Both the position numbers and the translations under genes were made by a program. Under the pieces are notes generated by a model, which was not told where the DNA came from, did not search any database, and saw only the letters and a list, made by a program, of their open reading frames with translations. From Wickerhamiella versatilis (Eukaryota): 64,000 nt of DNA. Positions 53,453-62,828 of the stretch are shown here, piece after piece. Within the stretch, counting starts at the first letter, position 1. Every line of letters begins with the position of its first letter. The stretch lies in contig JAQOWU010000003.1 of the NCBI GenBank assembly GCA_030867685.1, positions 186,001-250,000 of the forward strand. The letters are read 5' to 3'.

Positions 53453-54967
53453 CTAACCGTATCGAACCCCACCATTGAACCAGTCATCAAAGCCGGTGTT
53501 GGTGGAGACAATTACATTCCGCTTGATACTATATGCCTTGAGGGCATCCCAGCCATTTTCGACTCCGTAGCCACTATCCCCGTAGCCACTCCATATAGAG
53601 CGAGGATCATTTTTATGATGGTCATTAATCCATATCATTCCAGCCTTAATGCGAGTACCCATACGCGTAGCCCTTGCCACTTCTCTTGTCCATATTGAGG
53701 CACCCAGGGCATATGGCGAGTCGTTGGCTAACTGGAGAGCTTCTTCTTCGGTTTCAAACGGAGTGACGGAGACCACCGGCCCGAATACTTCGCTCCGGAA
53801 CAGGTCCATGTCCCGTGTGACATCGGCGAAAATTGTAGGCGTAACGTAATTGCCTTTGGACAGCTCTTCATCAGGCAGCTCAGGTTTATGCCCGCCTGCC
53901 ACGAGCCGAGCTCCTGCTGCTAGGGCATCCGAAATGAACTGCTCACACCGCTGCTGCGATGCACGAGAAATCACTGGACCGACATCAGTGGTCAGATCCG
54001 ATGGCCTTCCTAATCGCAGAGCCTCGGTTCTTGCCGCAAACACCTTAAGGAACTTTTCGTATATGCTACGCTGCACAATAAACCGACTGGCCGAGACACA
54101 TGTTTGGCCCGATGCCACAAAGGCAGCAAACACAGCCCCAGCAGCCGCCTCATATATATTGCTATCCTCAAAAATCACTACTGGTGTCTTCCCACCTAAC
54201 TCGAGCGTGCAGGGGACAATCCGATGGGCTGCTGCTGCTGCAACCCGTCGGCCAGTGGCGGTACCGCCGGTCAGATCGATACGTCGAACACTTTTATTCT
54301 GGCAGAGTGCTGCACCGGTCTCTGCCTCGCCAGTAACGACATTGATCACACCAGCAGGTAAGCCAGCCTCACTGGCCCAGGCCGCAATCAACAATGCTGT
54401 GCACGGAGCAAGCTCTGACGGTTTGATGACAACAGTATTGCCAGCAGCCAGTGCCGCGGCCATCTTTTTCGTGAGGATGAGAATTGGATGGTTCCAGGGC
54501 GTCAGCAATGCACAGACTCCGTAAGGCTGCCAGGTGGTTGTTGCTGAGAACCCACCGCGAAGCGAGTTCGACTCGCCCTCGAGGCCAGGAGCGATTCCAG
54601 CAAAATACTCTAACCACTCGGGTATGCGCGACATCTGTGCCCTCATTTCACGTATTGGTCTGCCAGTTATTGTGGACTCGTACCCAGCCAGCTCGCCGAT
54701 TCGCTGGGCAATAAGAGCAGCGAGTCGTCGCAAATGCCGACCTCGGTCGATCGGATCCATTTTCGACCATGTTTCGAATGCCTTTGATGCCGATGAAATT
54801 GCCTTATCGACGTCGGCTTCCCCTGCAATTGCCATGTGGCCGAGCAGCTTGCCCGTTGCAGCATATGGAAGGTCCCGCTTTGCACTACCTTCAACTTCGT
54901 GAAATTTTCCACCGTAAAAAATGTGTTTGCCATCATAAGTCTGCAAAAGTAGGTTTCCAAGAGACAT
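53453..54967 (-). CDS. NAD(P)-dependent aldehyde dehydrogenase, bacterial-like
   Basis: TPWNHP, KPSELAP, TGGTATG, LELGGK (Glu), SGQTCV (Cys), EVFGPV, SGYG.ENG; first ATG at 54967. Confidence 0.9.
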   Translation of the reverse strand: MSLGNLLLQTYDGKHIFYGGKFHEVEGSAKRDLPYAATGKLLGHMAIAGEADVDKAISSASKAFETWSKMDPIDRGRHLRRLAALIAQRIGELAGYESTITGRPIREMRAQMSRIPEWLEYFAGIAPGLEGESNSLRGGFSATTTWQPYGVCALLTPWNHPILILTKKMAAALAAGNTVVIKPSELAPCTALLIAAWASEAGLPAGVINVVTGEAETGAALCQNKSVRRIDLTGGTATGRRVAAAAAHRIVPCTLELGGKTPVVIFEDSNIYEAAAGAVFAAFVASGQTCVSASRFIVQRSIYEKFLKVFAARTEALRLGRPSDLTTDVGPVISRASQQRCEQFISDALAAGARLVAGGHKPELPDEELSKGNYVTPTIFADVTRDMDLFRSEVFGPVVSVTPFETEEEALQLANDSPYALGASIWTREVARATRMGTRIKAGMIWINDHHKNDPRSIWSGYGDSGYGVENGWDALKAYSIKRNVIVSTNTGFDDWFNGGVRYG

Positions 54968-55033
54968 ACTGGTAGAGTTCAGTCCGTCGCAGATAGCCAA
55001 TTACCTGTTATCGCCTAAGGTAAGGGTTAGTAG

Positions 55034-55043
55034 CTTAACCCCG
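55034..55043 (-). promoter_or_regulatory. CGGGGTTAAG element upstream of the ALDH gene, identical to the repeat in the IDCase/oxygenase promoter
   Basis: + strand cttaaccccg. Confidence 0.55.
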
Positions 55044-55822
55044 TCACCCTAATTTACGGCATATTGAGCAAGATTTGTCCGGTATATAGCGTCTAATCTT
55101 CGTTCCTGTAACCTATACATCAGCAAATCGTTACAGCTTGGAAAATGGGGGTCTGTACTAACCACTAGGCTGGTTGATTGTATGTATATCACATTGTCAG
55201 GTTAAAACATGAGTGGAAAGTCTAATGTATGCTAAAATGTAGGCAAATGGAACTTAATTGTGGTCTGGTTTGGGCTAGCTGGTGCAGAAAAAAGGAAGTG
55301 AATTTTATGGTACCAATTTAGGTCTTACAATGCACAGTTCTAGCATAATACACGTCGAGCGTTTTTTGCAAATAGTAGCTCTTCCACCTTTCTAACTGAC
55401 GCCTGATGCAATCGTAAACAGGCCAAATTATGATGAACCTCAACTGTCGTGTATTTCGCGAACAGGTAATAATAGGGTCAGGTACATGTAGATCGGTCAA
55501 GCTGGGGATGCAAACCCAACTCAAATCGGTAGTTTGTCTAGTCTCAATCAAAAACGTCGGTTATTTTTCTGAAATTTCAAAAATGGTGTTAAGATATATG
55601 CAATTCAGATTGATTTGAGCAGACTGCAATCGGAGGTTAATGCGTAAGATGATTACAAATACGCGTTTCATCGTTTCATCGAGCGAGGGAGAGAGATTTT
55701 ACTCGAATTTTGATTTCCAACTGTGAGTGTGGATTATAACAACTAATTTGTTTTGAAATTACTCGACTACGTCTGATATTGAGTCTGTCATAATGAGAAT
55801 TCTATTCACACAAGATATACTA

Positions 55823-55840
55823 CCCCGCATTAATTAATAA
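55823..55840. promoter_or_regulatory. Possible Mig1/CreA glucose-repression site upstream of GH51
   Basis: CCCCGC (reverse complement GCGGGG) flanked by AT-rich attaattaataa. Confidence 0.35.
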
Positions 55841-55891
55841 TCACATAAGGCTACATAACTTTGATGCATAATTTTTTTCTTAGAATATACA

Positions 55892-57838
55892 ATGTTGTTC
55901 TCAATATTTCTGGCTTCAGCAGCTGCCCTGGTAATCAGCGACAGCAGGACTAATGACTCTTCGTCTATCCTAAATGGTATCGTGTTCGAAGACATAAATC
56001 ACAGCGGCGATGGCGGTATATACGGAGAGTTGCTTGCTAACCGAGCATTCCAAGGTGACGGACCATCAACCCACAACTATACTGGCGTTAATGCTAAGCT
56101 TCAGCTCACAAACGAATCCTTATCAGATGCCTTGCCTTATTCGTTGCTTGTTAACGGTGACGGCTTCTACAACGAAGGCTACTGGGGAATCAAGGTTTCC
56201 CCCGAGGAGTATACTGCCAGGTTCTACTACAAGGGCAATGCAAGCCTAGGCGTGGAGCTAAGGAGTCTGAATGACAACACAACATTTGCTTCAGCGAAAC
56301 CAACAGCCGTGACTGAGGATGACGGAATATATATTGCCGAGTCAAATGGCTTTCGACTGTACAAAGCGAAATTAAAACCTTCAAAGAGCGCTTCGGATTT
56401 GAGTAATGCGTTGTTTATTTACGGATCAGGCCATTACAGTTTGATATCCCTATTTGGACCTACATATAACGACAGGCCCAATGGGTTACGAAAAGATCTC
56501 GCTGAAGCCGTGGCTGGTTTTGGCCCGCACTTCCTTCGATTTCCAGGTGCAAATAATCTTGAAGGTGAGGGTGGTCCGGAGACGAGATGGAAGTGGAATG
56601 AAACGATTGGGCCACTCATTAACCGTCCAGGACGCCAGGGTGACTGGGGCTATCCAACAACGGATGGACTTGGGCTGCACGAATACTTTGATTGGATAGA
56701 GGATATGAATTTAACGGCGATTCTCGGCGTATGGGCAGGCTTTACCCTCGAGCCCTCGGTGGTTCCCGAGGATGAGCTGCAGCCATACATCGATGATGTT
56801 CTTCACGAGCTTGAGTACATATTGGGTGACAGTTCAACAGAGTACGGGTCATTGAGAGTAAAAAATGGTCGAACATCGCCGTGGCAGCTAGAGTATGTTG
56901 AAATTGGTAACGAGGATTTCTTTGATTTGAATTATACTTATGGCTACCGTTTCCCGGCTTTCAACAAAGCAATAAAGGAAAAGTACCCCCACATCACAAC
57001 AATAGCGACTACACAATTCAACATATCGAGTTTTCCCAACGAAACGACCTGGTGGGACCAGCACTACTATCAGACACCGCAATGGTTTGTGGATCAGTTC
57101 GACGCATATGATAACTATCCCCGCAACGCAACCAAAATTTTCGTTGGTGAGTACGGTGCCGCCTTTAGAGATGGGCATAACGGCGATATGGGGCCTGGCG
57201 GACGTTACTTCAACCCCACTGTCTATGGCGCGGTGTCCGAGGCAGTCTACATGGCAGGCCTCGAGAGGAATTCCGATCAAGTCAAGGCGGCCTGCTATGC
57301 ACCAATAATCGAGAATGTCAACCACTATAACAATCTTAACCAGCTTCATCCCAAGCTTGTTGACTTTGATGCCGGAACAGTTAACGTCACGCCATCATAT
57401 CAGGTGCAGAAACTTTGGTCTACCACTCAGGGCGATCGCATACTTACATTAGAAAATGCAACATTCGGGCCTTTGTATTACGTTGCGAACGTTGCTGATG
57501 ATCAGCTGCACGTGAAGATTTCAAACCCCACAAATCAAACTGCTGAGTTTAGCGCAATCGTCGACGTGTCGGGATTTGACAGTGGCTCCGCATCGGCAGA
57601 GGGCATCTCTTCTAGCAATCCAGAAGCCATCAGGGTTGATATCAAGCCATGGAACGTCGACTATACCAGCAAAAAGCTTAGACTGACCATGAAGCCGTAT
57701 TCCGCGGGCGTTATAACTGTTGAAAAGAGAACAGGGGATACTCCCATCGCAAACGTAGGTTCAAGCTGTAAATTTCAAATTTCTATTACAATTTTGATGG
57801 TAGCAGCTATCGTGGATGGATTGCTCCTGATAATTTAG
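55892..57838 (+). CDS. Secreted GH51 alpha-L-arabinofuranosidase with C-terminal hydrophobic (GPI-like) tail
   Basis: FEDINHSGDGGIYGEL..NRAFQ, NEGYWGI, NGLRKDL, RFPGANNLEG, VEIGNED (acid/base), VGEY (nucleophile), GLERNSD. Confidence 0.92.
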   Translation: MLFSIFLASAAALVISDSRTNDSSSILNGIVFEDINHSGDGGIYGELLANRAFQGDGPSTHNYTGVNAKLQLTNESLSDALPYSLLVNGDGFYNEGYWGIKVSPEEYTARFYYKGNASLGVELRSLNDNTTFASAKPTAVTEDDGIYIAESNGFRLYKAKLKPSKSASDLSNALFIYGSGHYSLISLFGPTYNDRPNGLRKDLAEAVAGFGPHFLRFPGANNLEGEGGPETRWKWNETIGPLINRPGRQGDWGYPTTDGLGLHEYFDWIEDMNLTAILGVWAGFTLEPSVVPEDELQPYIDDVLHELEYILGDSSTEYGSLRVKNGRTSPWQLEYVEIGNEDFFDLNYTYGYRFPAFNKAIKEKYPHITTIATTQFNISSFPNETTWWDQHYYQTPQWFVDQFDAYDNYPRNATKIFVGEYGAAFRDGHNGDMGPGGRYFNPTVYGAVSEAVYMAGLERNSDQVKAACYAPIIENVNHYNNLNQLHPKLVDFDAGTVNVTPSYQVQKLWSTTQGDRILTLENATFGPLYYVANVADDQLHVKISNPTNQTAEFSAIVDVSGFDSGSASAEGISSSNPEAIRVDIKPWNVDYTSKKLRLTMKPYSAGVITVEKRTGDTPIANVGSSCKFQISITILMVAAIVDGLLLII

Positions 57839-58020
57839 CAATGTAACTTTAACTTTAAGTACTTCAGGGCAAGCGGGGGTACAGCAGGTGGGATACAGAG
57901 CCACACAACCAGGCTAACCACGACAAATTGACGTCAGGAGTTTCACCTAAATTGCATCGGTTGGAAGGGCATGCAGAAGAATGCATATAATTCCTCGATT
58001 CATGGTGAGTAATCAGAACA

Positions 58021-59484
58021 ATGAGACCCGGCAGATGGTTTGCACTTGTTTCCGCAACTCTGGCCCAAATCAATGAGCTCAAAAGCTCCCCTGGATTCCG
58101 TAAAATATGCTCCGGAACCTATTCATCGCGGGACTGGTCCGGGTCATACGATCCTGAGATCAGTATATCATTTTCGGCAGGTGACGTCCACAACAGGGAT
58201 AATGGTACATTAGGATCTCAGCTAGCTGTTGTTGTGTATTCCATCAAGGATGAGGCATGCCTAGGTATGCCCACTGCAGATAATCGGATCGAATTCACTT
58301 GCACACAGGCGGCAATTGCTCAGGGGTTGTGTTCATCAGAGGATCGTGGTAAATTCCTTATCAATCCAGATATTCAAGCAAGTAATTCGATATTATCCGA
58401 GAAAATTGATCTGCCAAGTAGCAAAAAAATAACCTATGAGATTGTTGATACCTCTTATTATTGTGTAGCCGCTGCGCGAGCCCAGGCCTGTCGCGATTGG
58501 CACAGCGACACAGGCTGTCATGACCTGGTGCCCATTGAGAACGACGATGATGATAATTATGCATTCAATTACAACATAAACGTGGTATTCCGCAATTCAT
58601 TCGGCTATCTAGAGGCATCCAAGGCATCGCTTGTGCGGTTCTACTTCTCATTAGCATGCATTTGTGCCGCGACACTTTTACTCTGGCTTATTTACACTTA
58701 CAAGAACCAGAATTATGTTATCATGATTCATCGTGAGATATCTGCATTCGGGGCCCTGCTTACGTGCCGACAGCTCGTCCTGGGATTCTACTATTTAACC
58801 TTGCTGCGGGAGAAGAGTTCGACCTTCGTACTATGGCTTGTATCAACTAATGACACAATTTGCACCATTTATGGACTGTCTCTTTTCCTGTCAATATTCG
58901 CTGGTTACTCCATTCTGCATGATTGCTTGAATCCGCGCAGAAAGCTGTATCTGGCGTTAATTTGCATATTTACCTTTGTTCCGTTTCTTTTATACACTGC
59001 AGATACACTTTATAGCGCGGGAAATGGCGGTAGTACCAGCTTGTTCGGCGTTGGCACTTTTTTTCCGGTTATGGTGGTGATGGTTATCGACTACATCATG
59101 CTCATGAACGATGCATCCGCAGTCAAAACATCACTTGAGGAGAAAAATCACGTTTCCAAGGCCCATTTGTATGCGAGGCTGCAAAGAGTGCTGAGAACCA
59201 GCGCCGTCTTTGCATGTACCTACTGCATTTTCATCCTGCTGCTAAATTTTTCCAGTTCTTTTTCGAGCTTCCATGAGAATTTCTGGATGTATACGTGGAT
59301 ACTTACGGTAGGCTGGCCTGAGGTCCTGTGTATAATAACAGTTTTTAGTCTGGCATCTATAATTCGGCCTTCTCCCTATCTTGAAGATTTCCAAAAACTG
59401 GCTGCGGAGGATGTGACTCCTGAATTTGCACTTGGAACTTTTCACGGCGATAATGAGTCCGAGGATGAGTTTGAATTGAATTGA
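58021..59484 (+). CDS. Ptm1 / GPR107-like (lung seven-TM, GOST) membrane protein, divergent
   Basis: Signal peptide, CSG.YS..DW.G..DP.I, G.F.I, YYCV, FRNSFGYL.AS, then about 7 TM segments and an acidic tail. Confidence 0.75.
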   Translation: MRPGRWFALVSATLAQINELKSSPGFRKICSGTYSSRDWSGSYDPEISISFSAGDVHNRDNGTLGSQLAVVVYSIKDEACLGMPTADNRIEFTCTQAAIAQGLCSSEDRGKFLINPDIQASNSILSEKIDLPSSKKITYEIVDTSYYCVAAARAQACRDWHSDTGCHDLVPIENDDDDNYAFNYNINVVFRNSFGYLEASKASLVRFYFSLACICAATLLLWLIYTYKNQNYVIMIHREISAFGALLTCRQLVLGFYYLTLLREKSSTFVLWLVSTNDTICTIYGLSLFLSIFAGYSILHDCLNPRRKLYLALICIFTFVPFLLYTADTLYSAGNGGSTSLFGVGTFFPVMVVMVIDYIMLMNDASAVKTSLEEKNHVSKAHLYARLQRVLRTSAVFACTYCIFILLLNFSSSFSSFHENFWMYTWILTVGWPEVLCIITVFSLASIIRPSPYLEDFQKLAAEDVTPEFALGTFHGDNESEDEFELN

Positions 59485-59575
59485 ATTGAATAAATAAGGG
59501 TTCGCTTTGTCATTTCATGCTTTTCCTACCTAATCTATTTAACATTCTTTATTCATGATCATAAAACCCACTAAA

Positions 59576-60433
59576 CTAAATACCAACCATTTCGAAGCCG
59601 GTGGCATCAGTGCATTCGCCATTGACTTTAATGATGAAACCATCATCAGGGCAGGCATAGAAACCATCTGTAGTGCCATCAGCGGGACTCAATTCAATCG
59701 TGAGCTCGCCATGGACAGCTGATGCATTAACTGGGTTGAACCCGAACTTGGTGTTGTAGTATTCCGAGTGACCATGGGACGTAACTATCAGCTTTCCAGA
59801 CTTGTCGACGCCCAGGAAGCTTGCATCACCTACTTGCGCAGCACCGCCATTAAATACAATTTCCAGCGGCTCACCATTATCTCCCTCCTGTTTAATCTTG
59901 ACCTCGCCATTGTCATTAACGATTTCATGTAGATGAATTCCTGGCGAGCCTGAACGCACGGCCATGTAACTCAACTTAGGAGATGATACAACTTCACGTT
60001 TCTCCTCTTCCTGCTGGATCTCGTAACTGCCAAGTTCCACACCAATAACCGTTGAACATTCTGCCGGTGCTTGGTTCACATAAATCTTACCGGTATCATA
60101 ACAGACGACATAAGGCTCAGTACCCATATACTCAAGATTATACAAGGCGCCATCTCCTGCACCCGACATTGTCCAAGGACCAGATCCCCGGGCCTCACCC
60201 AAGGTCAGGGAATTGTCGGGGCCCACCGTGACGACACTACTGGAATTTTTCACAAACAACGCACCCTTCGGGTTCAGCTCGAACTCAGAGCTACCATCAC
60301 CGTGGATGGCAAGCTCGTTATCAACAACACTGACGGATGCCATGTGGACTCGGATGTCACCAGACCGGATGGTCATGAGGCCGAAGTCAGTGGCTGCCAC
60401 AGACGCAGCTAGCAATGGGATTGTGTACAACAT
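59576..60433 (-). CDS. Secreted Cwp1-like cell-wall protein with two tandem domains
   Basis: Signal peptide; FGLMTIRSG...H and YMAVRSGS..IH repeats; FYACP...C motif. Confidence 0.7.
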   Translation of the reverse strand: MLYTIPLLAASVAATDFGLMTIRSGDIRVHMASVSVVDNELAIHGDGSSEFELNPKGALFVKNSSSVVTVGPDNSLTLGEARGSGPWTMSGAGDGALYNLEYMGTEPYVVCYDTGKIYVNQAPAECSTVIGVELGSYEIQQEEEKREVVSSPKLSYMAVRSGSPGIHLHEIVNDNGEVKIKQEGDNGEPLEIVFNGGAAQVGDASFLGVDKSGKLIVTSHGHSEYYNTKFGFNPVNASAVHGELTIELSPADGTTDGFYACPDDGFIIKVNGECTDATGFEMVGI

Positions 60434-61035
60434 TTGATCTTTTTCTTGTTTGACTTGTAATTAACTTGGTACTAATTGGGCCTCAGTCGCCCCATATTTA
60501 TGGCTGATTTGTGAAAATAATACGAGTGAGTAAGTAACTACGTAATGTCCCCGAGCTCCGGCCTATATTTAGAACATGCTTAAAGAGTTCCGCGCACTCA
60601 AGATCGGGGCGTCAGCCAGACCTAACAAAATAAGCCTCTCCGATGTTCTACGGTCTTCTATGTTTGAACGTGGTTTTCCCTGCGAACGGAAAAACTAGGA
60701 TGGGAAAATGCGTTCTTGCGGTAGACTCCAGATGACATCATGTTATGACGTCATGCATCTCGAACGTTCGCGCTATGCAGTGAGCGGAATATGCGACGCG
60801 AAAGTTAATTTTAGTAAAAAAGCTACCACGGCTTAGCTAGCATTGGCCATGCCAATTTGACCCACTTGTGACAGGTTTCTCGCCTCTTACTTGTACCAAT
60901 CACCTCGAAGTTACTCCTAGACCAGCCACCAACAAATTTTCTCTGTAAAGAAACCACACCTGCTGAATCTGAGATCTGCCCCACCCCGTGCGAATATGTG
61001 ATTGAATTATATATGTATATATTTCTATTATATTA

Positions 61036-62694
61036 TTACAAAACCTGTAGAAACTCATAATACCACATGACACCTGCAATATGCCCATCAACCGAGGAAT
61101 GCTCATTGACCGTATGGGCATTGCCTCCCGTCTGGAGCATCGGGGTATACCTATAGATATTATGGGTAAGATTCAAGTAGTGCTTTGTATCCGTATTGCC
61201 GCCTATTAAGGTTGGGGCAAAGTACAGAGGGCCCATGCCAAGAACGTCCTCATAGACGTGCCGGGTGATACCACCAATTCGATCCCAAACCAAGCCACTT
61301 GTTGGAGAACTGGAGACAGGCTCAAGGGTTTGCTCAGAGGTAGCCACCCTGAGGACACCATTTTCCGTGGGGGCTAAGAGAGTTTCGTTGTTGCGCACCA
61401 ATCCAAGATCATTACGTCGTGCCACCGAGGCAGCAATCTCGACATATCTGTCGAGTACATCAGCCACTGAGGAGTCGAGATTAATTCGGTAATTCGTCGT
61501 GACCTCAACCACCTCCGGTAACGCATTCACCTTCACACCACCCTTCACAATGTCCACCGCCTGAGTGGTAACAACCGCCGGCCGCTTGTACCTGTCGTGC
61601 TCGAAGTCTTCAGCCAGGGCTTGCCGCGCCTTGGCACTGCTTGACAGCAATGACCACCGCTCACGGGTCTTAAGATCAAGATCAGGCGAGTAGGCAGCGA
61701 AACAAGACAGCTGGGCAACGAGCGGGTGGTCCTGGGCGAGGCTTGGCCTGAACGATTCTGCATCCTCCAGTTCGGTGACGACCTGAGCAGCAAATCCAAT
61801 GCCACTGTGATCAGGTGGCATCGATGAATGGCCACCAGGTGTCTCCACAGTAAGAAGAACGTCAACGTATCCCTTTTCAGCCACCGTGGGAAGGGCGAAA
61901 AGCGCACCTGACTCGTAAGTCAAGCCAGTGCCCTCGTCCACAATTAACTCAATGGAATCTGGGCCGTACCTAGCAGTAATTTCCTCGGCAATGGATTTAG
62001 CACCACGAGGTCCACTGACCTCTTCATCAAATCCAAAGCTGATAAGGACGTCCCGTGTAGGCTTCCAACCCTGCTTCAGGAGGTTCTCCGTAGCTTCTAG
62101 GATAGCTATCAGCGAGGATTTCGTGTCAGAACTGCCCCTGCCCCAAATATATTCACCATCGTAGTACCCTGAGAAAGGTGGATGATCCCACTGGTAGACG
62201 GTTGATGGGTTTACTGGCACAACATCCTGGTGGGCCATCAAGATTGCTGGTTTCAGGCTGCGATCAGTGCCTGGGAGCGTGTAGAGCAGACCATAGGTGT
62301 TCACGGTCTCCACAAACTCTGAAGTCCTGGGAAACTTGTTTGCTAGGTAGGCATGGAACTCGCCAAACACCTCAAACCGCTTGTCCTTGGTGGGATCCAT
62401 GGGTAGATCGTCGAAGGACTCTGTAGGGATCTGAATCGCCCCACTTAGCAAGTCAATACTGAGGTTTCGGTACTTGGTGGTGGAAAATTGGGTCGCATTG
62501 GCATAGACATCTGGTGGTGGCGCTAGGACCGGCGGCTGTGCGCAACTGGGCAATTCCACAGGCTCTGACCACCAGGGCCAAATAAGACCACCAAATATGA
62601 TCACAGCAGCAGTTCCGATGGCTATGAGCCCACCCCTCTTCATCCGAGACGTCGTGCATGGGCTGGAGCCCTCTTCACGGAGTTCGATGGGCAT
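61036..62694 (-). CDS. CPS1: Gly-Xaa carboxypeptidase (M20A, carboxypeptidase S-like), type II membrane protein
   Basis: N-terminal TM; IPTESFDD, LMAHQDVVPV, WGRGSSDTK, FGFDEE, DEG, EKGY.D, GGHSS.PP, GGVKVNALPE, NTDTKHY, AHTVNE. Confidence 0.88.
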   Translation of the reverse strand: MPIELREEGSSPCTTSRMKRGGLIAIGTAAVIIFGGLIWPWWSEPVELPSCAQPPVLAPPPDVYANATQFSTTKYRNLSIDLLSGAIQIPTESFDDLPMDPTKDKRFEVFGEFHAYLANKFPRTSEFVETVNTYGLLYTLPGTDRSLKPAILMAHQDVVPVNPSTVYQWDHPPFSGYYDGEYIWGRGSSDTKSSLIAILEATENLLKQGWKPTRDVLISFGFDEEVSGPRGAKSIAEEITARYGPDSIELIVDEGTGLTYESGALFALPTVAEKGYVDVLLTVETPGGHSSMPPDHSGIGFAAQVVTELEDAESFRPSLAQDHPLVAQLSCFAAYSPDLDLKTRERWSLLSSSAKARQALAEDFEHDRYKRPAVVTTQAVDIVKGGVKVNALPEVVEVTTNYRINLDSSVADVLDRYVEIAASVARRNDLGLVRNNETLLAPTENGVLRVATSEQTLEPVSSSPTSGLVWDRIGGITRHVYEDVLGMGPLYFAPTLIGGNTDTKHYLNLTHNIYRYTPMLQTGGNAHTVNEHSSVDGHIAGVMWYYEFLQVL

Positions 62695-62745
62695 TTACCA
62701 GCGTGAGACCTGAACCCTTACCCAAAGAGGGGGGGTCCTACTTTT

Positions 62746-62768
62746 GTGCTCGTGCTCGTGCTCGTGCT
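62746..62768 (+). repeat. (GTGCTC)x3.8 tandem repeat
   Basis: gtgctc gtgctc gtgctc gtgct. Confidence 0.85.
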
Positions 62769-62828
62769 TGGACTCGCGCCGATACGGTAAATTGACTTGG
62801 GCTCAACGCTATGGCAGCAGATGTTACG

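Noticed and set aside
58002-58034. ATG-GTGAGT possible intron before the Ptm1-like gene
   Set aside because: Too short, no branch point, and splicing to the CAG at 58034 is out of frame
59471-59490. (TTGAA)4 repeat across the Ptm1-like stop codon
   Set aside because: Simple microsatellite with no evident function
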